This document shows, piece by piece, positions 48,801 to 59,958 of a stretch of DNA of 64,000 nt (positions within the stretch are counted from its first letter, which is position 1; the number at the start of each line of letters is the position of its first letter). Made by a program: the position numbers and the translations under genes. The stretch is from the NCBI GenBank assembly GCA_973895155.1, contig OZ316893.1, forward strand, positions 28,158,210-28,222,209, read 5' to 3'. Under the pieces are notes generated by a model. The model saw only the letters and a list, made by a program, of their open reading frames with translations, did no database searches and was not told the DNA's origin. This DNA is from Marsupella aquatica (lineage: Eukaryota; Plantae; Marchantiophyta).

Positions 48801-51800
48801 GTAAACACAAACAAGGGCGGTATGAAGGTATTGGTGGAGAGAAGAATGACTGAACATCATACTTCAGCCATTGCAACAGCTTTTGGAGATCAGGATGAGC
48901 ATGAAGTAGATGTTTACACCCTCTTTGGGAGTTCTTCGTCAACAGAGACAAACAAGAAGACTAGCAGAGTTTGTAAGGAGGAAGTCAGGTTGGAGTGATC
49001 CAGTGTTGATCTCTTCTTTCACTGCAGAAGTGGGATCTCTATGGGATTCTATGGTAGAGGAGAAACAAAAGTCATCGGAACCTTTGGAAGAACGTGCTAA
49101 AGGAAAACAAAAGGTTGAGCCTGGACCCTCTATTTTGCAGCCATCATCAAGAGTCCCAACAAGGAGGAGTGTTCGATTTGAAGATAGAGGAAGTACAACA
49201 AAGGAGCCTTCTTCAACTCCTTCATCCTCAAAGGAGATGGAAGTGGTAAAAAAAGAGAAGGTGGAAAAGAAAGGACCTGGTTGGGTCCTTCGAAGAGATG
49301 TTGAGCAACACATTGCGTATGATCAAGTTGCTGAGAAGTTTTGGAAAGCGGAGGTGAGCGGAGTCACCAATGAGGAGTTTTTTGCTTGCATGAACTCCAA
49401 GGCTCAAGATGCATTACTTGCAAAGGTGAAACGAAAATGATTTTACAAGGAAGGACCTCATGCCTTGGGAATGGAGGTTTTTTCTGATGTTGATGAAGAT
49501 GGAGAAGGTTCAATTGTTTCTCAAGCCAGTGTGGAGTGTGAAGTGTATCAAGTGAATGCGGAGAAGATGCCTAGACCACAGATGCTAGGGTCTTCAACAA
49601 AGGAAGTTCCAGAACCAAAGGAGTTGAGGTATTGGAGAGGTGGAAACCATTGGCGAAAGCAACAACAGGATTTGCAGTGACCCAGGATATGGCAAAAATT
49701 AGTCGTGAAGAGGTGCTCAAGGCCTCACAAAGTGTGTGGGTCATGTGTGCTTCAGCTATGAAGAATCCTGATTCAGGAGACGACAAGGAGTCCATCTTGG
49801 AGCCGTTTTGGGCAAGAACTTGCTCAGTTGTGGAGGTAGAGCTTGTAGGAATGGAGGGCAAAGCTTGAGCATTGATTGACACAGGATCTGAGGTGAATCT
49901 AATGTCAAGAAGCATCTATGATCTTGGGCAATGGATGATTGATTGTGATACTCAATGGTCTGTCAACTCAATCAATCGTTCAAAGAATATGCTTTGGGGA
50001 GGATGCCCTGGAGTATCAATGAAGGTTGGCCATGTGATAGAACCAACTAACATCTTTGTGCATGATAGCTTGCCCTATGATCTCATTCTAGGGCAACCTT
50101 ACATTACTCAAGCTCGAATGGAGTACAAGGTTCTACCAGATGGCACTCATATGGCAAAGGTAAGGAGTCGGGATGAATTGTGGGTTATCCAATTTTCTAT
50201 AGTGAAACCTGGACATTGGAGGAATCGGAAGGAGTTGAGAGGACCTGAACCCAAGGAGGGAAATGAGGATTTCTGGAAGGCGTCTTGTTAAGCAATGCGG
50301 GAAGGTGGGGCGCCATCGCCAATGACCCACTGGTGACTTGGAATGTGAATAGTTTGTTGGCAAGCTCATTTGAAGGTGAAAGCTTGCATTGTCGAATTTC
50401 TTATGTGAAAGTGTGTGAAGCTACTAAAAAATTCAAAAAGAAAATTGCAAGGATTGAGGATACTATGCAAATACATGGATTGCTAAAGGAAAGTGAAGAG
50501 ATTGAAGGCCTTCTAGATGAAGAAGGAGTAGAAGTGTCTTTGAAAGAAATAATTGAAGGTCTTTCAGAGGGGAAAGCTCATATGGAAATCAATCATGAGC
50601 TGTATGGCGAGTTGTCTCAATTTGTTGAGGTCAACACCCAGTACAAAACAGTGGAGAAGAAAGTGCGACCAGCAGCAATTCCTTTACCTTTGGATGCTAG
50701 GGAGATTTTGGAGAAGGCAGGTAAAGAGACCAGTCTTAGAGATCGGACTAAGATTGGCCACAAATTCACAAAGGAGACCCTTAATCAACTAAGGATTGGT
50801 GATGATGGGTTGCTGACAAAAGAAGAGAGAGAAGAGTTTCAGCAAATGATTGGTGAGCATGGTAAGGCTTTTGCCTTTTGTCCTGAAGAGATGGGATGTG
50901 TGGATCCTAGTGTTGTTACTCCTATGGTAATTTTCACTGTCCCGCATGTTCCTTGGGACTTGAAACCCATTCTAGTGCCCAAGGCTTTGTTACCTAAACT
51001 TATTGATCTATTAAAGGAGAAGCTTTCCACTAGGATTTTGGAAAGAACAGATGCACCTCATTCTAATCGTTGGTTTACCATTCGTAAGAAAAATGGTAAA
51101 CTTAGATTTATTCAGGACATGCAACCACCTAACAAGGTTACTATTCGCAATACTGGAATAGGACCTATAGTAGATGAGTTTGCGGAAGAATTTGCTGGTA
51201 GAGCCATCTATTCATGTGGTGACCTCTATTCAGGCTATGATTAGTTTCAGTTGGCTTAGAGTAGTAGAGATATCACCACTATGAGGACACCTTTGGGGCT
51301 ACTTCACATGTGTACCTTGCCTCAAGGGGCAACCAACTCGGTGGCTCACATGCAGAATGCCATGAATAAGGTATTACACCGTTTCATTCCAGAGAAGACA
51401 CAGCCATTCCTTGATGATATGCCAATCAAGGGATGCTTGGAGACAAAGAAAGATGAGACTATACGTGAAGATGGCTTGCGACAATTTGTATGGGAGCACA
51501 TTCAAGATGTGAAAGCAATCTTGAAGAGGTTGATTGAGGTTGGGCTCACTCTTTCTGGTGAGAAATCTTCATTTGGGCTTCGTGAAGTCCTAATTGTAGG
51601 ACAAATTTGTGGAGCTGATGGGAGAAAGCCAAATGGAGGAAAAGTAGATGCAATCAATCAGATGAAAGATTATAGGACAACTTCGGAGGTGCGAAGGTTC
51701 CTTGGCGCTTGCTTGTTCTATAGGATCTGGATTCCTCACTTTGCTTATATTGCTGATCCTTTGTACGGATTATTGAGGAAGAATGTGCACTTTGTTTGGA

Positions 51801-53061
51801 CAGAGGCACATAAGGAGGCTATGCAAAGGTTAAAGGAGGCCTTACTTAGCCTCCTTGTTTTACGTCCCTTATGCTATGATGGAAGACCCATCATTGTCAC
51901 TGTAGATTCAAGTCCTGATGCTGCTGGATGGGCGGTAGGGCAGGATGATGAGGAGGGGAGAAGATTTGCAGCAAGGTTTGGAGCTAAGATCTTTTCAGCA
52001 AGGCAAAGGCATTACCCTCAAATCAAGCGAGAGTTGTGGGGAGCAAGGATAGCCTTGTGTCAAGAAAAAGTCTACTTGATTGGAGCACAAGTCATTCTTG
52101 AGACTGATTGTTTACCATTTTTAGGGATGATTGCTAACTGTGATACTCCAGACATTGCTATGCTACGTTGGATAGCTTTTATTAGGATGATCAACCCCGA
52201 GCTTCGACACATTGCTGGAAAATATAATCCAGTAGTAGATATGCTTTCAAGAGCCCGCTATGATCAGAATGAAGTGGAGGCAGTTCAAGTGATGAATGGA
52301 GAGTTTGAGGTCTTAACATTTCAAGAGGAGCTCTATTCTGGAGAGTTGCTCTTGATTGGAAGGTACCTTAGTACTCTTCAAAGGCCTTTTGAAATGATAG
52401 AAGAGAAGTTTCAACGATTACGGAAGAAGGCTTACAAGTTCATGCTCAAGGATGGTGTTTTATGGAGAAGGTCTTTGAAGAAAGGACATGTTCCTTGTAG
52501 AGTTCTTGATACAGATGAAGAGAAGAAGAGAGTCTTATGGGATTCTCATGACGCTATTGAAGCAAGACATCGAGGAGTTAGAGCTACCTATGAGCGGGTT
52601 CAAAGGTGGTACTGGTGGTCAGACATGTATGTGAATGTAAAATCTTATGTTGGATCTTGTGAGAGTTGTCAGTATTACTCTAAAGTTTGGTTTAGAGATT
52701 GACTTAATCCCACTAGTCCTCTTTCTTTATATTTTCAGTGGGCAGTAGATGTGGTGCACATGCCATGGGGAATTAGGGGGGCAAAGTACCTTCTCCTTGC
52801 AAGGGAAAATTTATCTTCTTATGTTGAAGGAAGGGCTTTAACCTCTAACACTACAGAAGCAGTATGTAGGTTCATACTTGAAGACGTTATAGCACGTCAT
52901 GGTTGTTTTGTGCAAATGAGAGCAGATAGAGGAGAGCTGAATTCTGAAGAGGCTGCAGAATTTTTCGACCGGTTCAACATCAAGCTCAAACTCACTACTG
53001 CCTACAACCCAGAAGGAAATGGAAAGATTGAGCGAGGGCACCCACCGATAGTGAATGCCCT
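45886..53061 (+). pseudogene. Ty3/Gypsy gag-pol (gag, Zn knuckle, protease, RT, RNase H, partial integrase), disrupted
   Basis: CIWCDSKEHSRREC, IDTGSEVN, LPQGATNS..FLDD, VTVDSS..ETDC, HRG..CESCQ, ADRGE..GNGKIERGH. Order is PR-RT-RH-IN. Stops, frameshifts and a solo-LTR insertion are present. Confidence 0.92.
46564..48408 (+). mobile_element. Solo LTR (Athila-like), 1,845 bp, inserted in gag
   Basis: TGTA..TACA ends. TSD AGCTG at 46559-46563 and 48409-48413. Shares CATGTTG.CGGCATTTTAAA and GTTCTTAAAGGGA.CGAA blocks with LTR 57350-58740. Confidence 0.9.
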
Positions 53062-53822
53062 AAGCTACTCGCAAGAATGATGCTATAACCGCAGCTGCAT
53101 TTCTCTTTGAGCACATTATCACCCGGTTTGGTTGTCCTTTGGAGTTGGTAAGCGATAGGGGTTTGCATTTTCTTAACTCAACTATTGAGTTAATCACTGA
53201 CCTTTATCTTATCAAGCATCGCAAAACTACTCCTTACAACCCCCGAGCTAATGGCTTAACCGAGAGAGCTAATGGCATTATGGGCAAGATTCTGAATAAA
53301 ATGGTAGAATCTCACAAGACAGATTGGGATGTGAAGCTCCATTCTGCATTATGGGCTTACCGCACCGCTGAGAAGATTACAACTCTTCACACCCCCTTCT
53401 ATCTGACCTATGGCCTGAATAGTATTATTCCAATAGAATTTTCGTTACCAACGGAACGTATCTTGGTACCACACCGACTCTCTCCTTCAGATAGTCTCTC
53501 ACATCGGTTTTCCAATATTGTTAAATTAGAAGAAGTTAGACTTTTAGCATTAGACCATACAGTCACCATTCAGAACCAGCGTAAACTTGCTTATGATAAG
53601 AAGCTGCGCGTAGTGCAGTTAGATGTTGGTGATTTAGCATTAGTCTTTGATTCTCGTTATATGCTATTTCCTGGGAAACTTCATACTCATTGGATTGGTC
53701 CTTACCGAGTTACACACATCTGGGATAATGGTTCAGTTTCATTGACTACCTTAGATGGTCACCCACTTAACACTAGAATCAATGGGTTTAGGATTAAACG
53801 GTACTATGAGTCTTCCATTTAG
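53062..53822 (+). pseudogene. C-terminal half of an Athila-like integrase
   Basis: ATRKNDAITAAAFLFEHIITRFGCPLELVSDRG...ANGLTERAN...LWAYRTA...PGKLHTHWIGPY...INGFRIKRY. Confidence 0.88.
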
Positions 53823-53844
53823 AATTCCACTTGGGACAGGTTGC

Positions 53845-53860
53845 AATTTAAGTGGAGGGC
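53845..53860 (+). promoter_or_regulatory. Internal polypurine-tract-like motif, duplicated at 57332-57347
   Basis: AATTTAAGTGGAGGGC occurs after the integrase stop and again just before the LTR. Dual PPTs flanking the env-position ORF are known for Athila elements. Confidence 0.75.
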
Positions 53861-54209
53861 GGTAGTTATACTTAGTTAGAATTAGTGACCCTCCCTAGTA
53901 AGTATTCGGCATATTTTTATTTTTTATTTTTTTTAGTTACTTCCAGTTTTTACATTGGACGCTGTGAAAAGCGTCCATTGTAACTCGACGCTGGGGAAGC
54001 GTCCACTTAGTTTACAAAGGACGTTGTGCAGAGGTCCGCTTTTGTATTAGTTCAGTTGCATGAGACGCTGTGAGCCGATGACTAGGCGTCTTGTACAATG
54101 GCGGATTGCGATAGCTCAACGGGACGCTGAGGAGTAAGCAGTCGCGCTTCGCCCTAGTTCACTATGGAACACGATTCTCACTGAGCTTACGGAGCTAACA
54201 AGTCACGCG

Positions 54210-57200
54210 ATGGCGGAGACTGAGCTGACGACGCGACCAATACTCGCAGACATTCCATCGAATGCAGTGCATAGGCGGCAGTTGAAGACGGCTCTGGCAA
54301 AAATGGGCTTGAAGAAGCTGCTTCAACTTCCTTGGAAGATTTGCGAATTCAGCCTTATCGATCAAGGTGTCTGGGACGCTGAAGAAAGGATTGGTGTGCG
54401 CTCGCGTCCCAGTGTTTGGACTGAAGCGCTCATAGCGAAGGTCTATTCGACGCCGATGGAGGGCGAGGATTTACAGAGGGTTGATTGTGAGCCTCGGGTT
54501 TATGTAGAATCCTTCTTCGCTCCAGGATCTTTCAAGAGGCGGAATGGATGGCTAGCGGCGGACTGCTTAGATAATTCTCTGCAGCGTCTATTTTGATTTC
54601 TGGCACCAATTTTCTACCCAGAAAGCCAGACGCGCATCACTCTTTCGTTCGCTGCAACGGTGATCTGTTCATTAGAACAGACGCAGTCTATCAATTGGAC
54701 GAAGGTTTTGCACCGAGTAATTCATACTCAGGTCAAAAATTTTCGTAGCAGGCTGAAAACGGGGAAAATAAGGTGTACCTACTTGGCCCCTTATTTAGCT
54801 CACATTTACCATAAGTATGACTGTCTGCTTGTCTTGGAAAAAGATTTTTATCGCAACAATCAGAGAGCATCTACCGGTGAAGCAAATTATATGCCTGAAG
54901 TACGAGAAGTCCGAGCCAATTCCACAGTGGTAGAGCTATGTGCAATACTCGACTGTGAGGAACCTGAACTGGTGGGTGAAGTTTGGAAATTGAAAGAGAC
55001 AAGAGCATCAGCTGAAGGGAGTGACGATCCGATTCTTCACCAACCAAGAGAGGCTCAAGTTGCCGAAGATGTTCCTTCAGCAATGCCAACAGGGTTGGAG
55101 CATTCTATGTCACCTCGACTCTCGTGTTCACCTTGTGCTGCCGAGCCTATTTATGATGTTGATCAGGATAATTCTGCTTCTCGGATGAATGTTGAAGATG
55201 AGGTGAGGGTGGATGAAGAAGGTTTTTCAGGGGAACCTCTTCAACATTCTACTGCTGAGGACGAGTATGATGGATTTACTTCTACCCCTGTTTTGGTTCC
55301 CATAGAGGCAAATAGTGATGCTTTGCAGGCTTTACAGGAGTATGATTCGTCCGACTCTCTTAGTTCTAGCCCAAATATAGGTGAAATCCCTCTGGTCCAG
55401 GAGTCAGAAATATTAAGCTCAGAAATTGTGAAGCTGGTTAAAGTTGATTCGGAGGATGCAATTGTGGATATAGACGAAGTAGGTGAACCAGTGACTTCTC
55501 CCCAATCTGTCGCAAGATACCCTGCCTGGTCTACACCTGGTTCACTCATATCGATTCCTTTGGATATAACTAAGGAATTAGATGAGGCAATAGCCGCGAT
55601 AGGAGCTCCTTCATTTCCGCCTGTAAAATGGGTTTCTCCTGAAGATGAGTTGATTGAAGGAGGCTCTGCTGGTTTTCCGAGTCGCAATCAGGTATCTGGT
55701 AATATGGGTATATCTGTACCCATATTGGTACCCGAGACACCCGCTTCGACAACCAGCTCAGCACCAGTTTCATTGGCTACAAACGAGGATAAAAACATTC
55801 GGGAGGAGTTTTCAGTGACGTATACTCGAAAATCTTGGAAACGGTTGCGCCATGCTATCAGTCGACAGATCTTTCCTGAAGCATCTTCCCAGGATTTTGA
55901 ACAGGGAGAAGCACCTATCGGAACAGACGAGCTACCCCTTCCTGTACTTTTGGCAGATCGAACTAACCAGGAAGTCTCTTTACCTAGCGATAATTTTAAA
56001 GAAGAACTTCCTGTTTTAGTACCAATGCATCCCACTGCAGATCAACCAGCTACTGTTGCAAGAGAAGAATTTGAACCACTGGAGCCCGAACCTTCTGCTC
56101 CTTCGTCTCCTGTTACATTGCCAATTCGACCAGTTAAGGAGTCAGTGATTCCTTCCGCTATGCCAGATGTAATTTTCCGTTGGATAGGAGCACCAAGTGA
56201 TGGAGAAGAAGACGAAGACCCTCGCATTATCAGAGTACCTCCTCGACTTCGGCATACAGTGGATTTGCCACCCCGAAATCCTATCCCTAATTTGGCTTCA
56301 ATTCACAGGTGGGAGAAGAAACATTTTCGAGTAGCTTTTCGACATCTGGAGATGGAGAGCATTTTGCAGCAGCAGCAGATTTTGCCAATGACATCCCATC
56401 CGAGGATTCGTAGTTTGATTCGCACATATGAACCTGGGAAGGCGGTTCCTCCCATTGATAAGGACAGACGACATAAGTTTTCGGAGTTCGAAATTTGGTG
56501 TTGGGTGTATATGCTTCGACGAGCTCAAGCTCCATTTCCGCCCCTTGTGCCGGAAATTCCATGGCCCTATCCATACTATGTTTGGGTTTGTCCTGGTGGG
56601 TTTGCTATTCCAATTAAATATGAGAAGAAGCTTGTTAAGCTAAGGGAGCAGTTGATTACAAAACAATGTATGCTACCGGCTTCCCAAGGGTTCAAGTCGC
56701 TTAGGTGTTTAGCGTTCCTACCTATTATTCCTTCTTATCCGGATGTGATTATTCAAGGTGTTTTATCTAGGACACAGATTTGAAGGACACCATTTATGAG
56801 AGATATCAAACGGTGTTGTCATTTATATGTATATAAGCCGTTACTTTTGCAGCATCCTGCAATTGTTTCCTTCTTTCTCCTTCGAATTGATATTTATCTG
56901 CTCATGTGGGACATCAAAGCTACTATGGATTGTTGGAATTCTTTACCCCGTGCTTTCCAACATTCCTTTGAAGGCAAGATCAAACTGGGAGGACATGCTA
57001 TTCAACACTTTGTTATTGATCCAGGCTCTCGAATTAATTTCCTCTCCCACAGACTGTGCCAGCAATTTGTTCATCAAGAAGTACAACCGATATCTGCTCA
57101 GATATCAATCGATGGACGAATCATTAATCTTTGGGGAAGAGTTAAAGGAGTCCCAATACAGATCGGAGAAGAATTCCATGACCTCGATTTTTATATTCTG

Positions 57201-57272
57201 GATTCGGATATCTCCCAACTCCCGTCAATGATTTTGAGCACTACTTGGATTATTAAGCCAGAATATTATTAA
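54210..57272 (+). pseudogene. Env-position accessory ORF (~1020 codons): PMD-like N-terminus, acidic/Pro-rich linker, C-terminal retropepsin-like domain
   Basis: ORFs starting 54210, 54660 and 56796 share one frame, split only by TGA at 54594 and 56781. GLKKLLQLPW...NGW..C and FVIDPGSRINFLS...MILSTTWI. Confidence 0.7.
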
Positions 57273-57349
57273 TGAAGAACATGTCACTCGCTTCTGATTC
57301 AATTCGGTCATGTCTTGTGGGGACACGGCGAAATTTAAGTGGAGGGCTA

Positions 57350-58740
57350 TGTGGTATGGGTGTCCCTGCAATTTTTTCTGGAAACTTGTTTATTTTTAGC
57401 ATATCACAAGATTTACTTACACTTTAGACACCTTCCGGCCAACATTTACTTGTTCTGGACACTTATAGAAATATTTGACATCTCCGGCTTTCCTGACGAT
57501 TCCTAGTGTACTTTGCCCGACGCTGTGACCAGCGCCCGTTTCTTTTACTCAAGACGCTGCGGAAGCGTCCAACCTCCTCATGACGCTTTTGGCAGCGCCC
57601 GACCGCCACCAAGACTCTATGAGGATTTCGACCGACGCTGTGGAAAGCGTCAGCTTCAACACACGACGCTGTGAGCAGCGTCCACCCTAGTATTGACGCT
57701 GTGAGCAGTGTGAGCAGCGTCCGTTGGTTTTACTTAAGACGCTTCTAGCAGCGTCCAGATTCTCCCGACGCTTCTAGCAGCGTCCGCTCAACACTTAGTT
57801 TTTGAAGTAGATTACTAGTAAAGTAGTATTCTACCACCCTTGTTGAAGTACTTATGCTGTGCTTCTCCCTTGTTTAGTTTTAAGCTTGGAAAGGCACGAC
57901 TGTTCTTACCTCCTCCATTTTAGGATTCCAGCACTTATAAGACAGAGTAGAATGCTCATTTGAAGTAGAGAGAAATAGAGTTAATACTGTATTCAGAATT
58001 GAGTCTTCTGAATAGTTTTCTCCTCCTTCCATTGTAACAAGGCATGCTGTGAGTGTTTTGTATGGAAGTAAAGCTATATTGATTGAAGTTAAGATTGAAT
58101 TCAAGAGATTCCTGTGGTGATTGAATTCAGTTGCAGATTTCTGAAACTCGTATTGAATTCACTGCTAGGCTTGCTTGCAGAGTCGGGATTCGCTAGCCAA
58201 TTCAAGAATAGTTAATGATAAATGAGAAGTAAATTCTGATTCTCAGAGTAGTTAGTACTGTTGCTTTGATTCTGGAATATGGTTTAGAGTTTGACTGAAT
58301 TGTGTATCGCTGATGTCAAACCATGTTGACGGCATTTTAAATCATATCATTCATTTGCAATCAGAAAGCTTCTGCTTCATCAGATTGAGAATTCCATTAT
58401 CATTAACCTTTGTGTTTTGAAGAGTGAGATGGATGAATTATGAGATAGATTTCATGTCTATACTGAGCCCAAATCCTTTCTGAAGGAGTGGCAGTAGCAG
58501 CTTGTAGTCTCTAAATCCTTACTCATTTCTTCTCTAATTCATAAATCAGAAGTTCAGTTACTTTGTTGTTTGTTTATTCGATTTTTTTTATTGAGAAGTG
58601 AAGTCAACATAGAGCTCAAGACTCTAAATCACTCGGAGTGATAAAAGTTATACAATTCATTCTGAAATCTGTTCTTAAAGGGATCGAAACCCTGGTTTTA
58701 GGTGAGAAGAGTCACTTTTGATACTTAGCACTATACGACA
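57350..58740 (+). mobile_element. Athila-like LTR shared by two tandem internal regions
   Basis: TGTGGTAT..ATACGACA ends. PPT directly upstream and PBS directly downstream. GACGCT..AGCGTC repeats at 57515-57790. Confidence 0.88.
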
Positions 58741-58746
58741 TCTTTT

Positions 58747-58764
58747 TGGCGCCGCTGCCGGGGA
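58747..58764 (+). promoter_or_regulatory. Athila-type primer-binding site
   Basis: TGGCGCCGCTGCCGGGGA following the LTR end. Confidence 0.85.
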
Positions 58765-59958
58765 ACGAATTTAAGATTGAATTGACGTACAGGCAGTGTA
58801 TGCCAGAAGGAGCTAGACGGGAGAGGAATTCACGTTCTACTATAATTGTGAAGATGCGTCATCACTCCAGTTAAAAAGATGAAGAGCTTCCATTTCGAGG
58901 TGATGCCGTACTCTATCCAAAGCGCCCCGGAAGCTCTCTTAAGAGTATTGGAAAAATTTGTGGTGCCAAACTTAAGAGAAGAAACCGCCCTCCCACCAGA
59001 AAAGGCCTCACAGAGAGGAGCTGTTGCTCGTCAAGTTGCTTTGGAGATAGTCGAAGACACCAAAGACACTTTGAGTGACAAGTGAAGTTATTCTAACGTT
59101 GCTCGAGACGTATGATTTGTAAAATTGTCCAACCATCCTGGTTCGTGTGACCGATGCCACCTATCCGATCTTTGGGAACATTAAGAATTAGGAATTTGAG
59201 GAATCGTTATGTTAATTCTTGGGTTCTGAGCCTGAGAGGGAGGAATGGCATACATTGGTTAACTATCACCTGGTGGGAAGATGAAAGTTTGCATTTAGTA
59301 ATATTAAGGCTGAATGGTAGGATCACACAGGAGAGATATTTAGTCATTTCCATTCGGGAGTTAGCGGAAAGAATCATGCACCAGGAATTGCGTAGAAGAT
59401 TAGGAAGGAGTTAGACGTCTGATTAGTAGGATGGCCTAGTGTAGCGTACCATGTGGTAAAGAAATTTCAGGGTGAAGGAAGTCGGAGATTATGGGGAACG
59501 CCCGGTTCCAATAATCGCCACCGTAAAGGAGATAAGGAAGGACGCCGCGAAGAGCGTCCAATGCGATTCGTCCCAGAAGATTTCGCAAGTCAGGACGCTT
59601 CGAGTAGCGTCCGATCCCAGTGGACGCTGTGAGCAGCGTCCGGTGGAATCTGTGACGAACCAACGTGCGCGACGCTTCTGGTGTGCCTTTCCGCGTCTCA
59701 ACCTGAAGGACGCACCAGAGAAAACGAGGTTTTAGAATCTCGGCTGGTCACTGAAGGGAAGTATTAGCTACGGGATAGCAAGGGGGAGGAATCATGCAAG
59801 GGATGTTGAACGACGCTACGGGAAGTCACTTTGAGGAAGCAGGTTCATATCTCCCGGAGTGGGGTGATAACGTCGCACCTAAATGGTGACTCCTTGCATA
59901 AAGACTCCTGAGGAGCGGGTCTGGTGTCTCAAAATCACCCGTGCTTGGAGAATGAGGG

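Noticed and set aside
58879-59414. Extra 5' ORF between PBS and gag (Ogre-like)
   Set aside because: Only short broken frames with no recognisable motif; cannot be supported from one copy.
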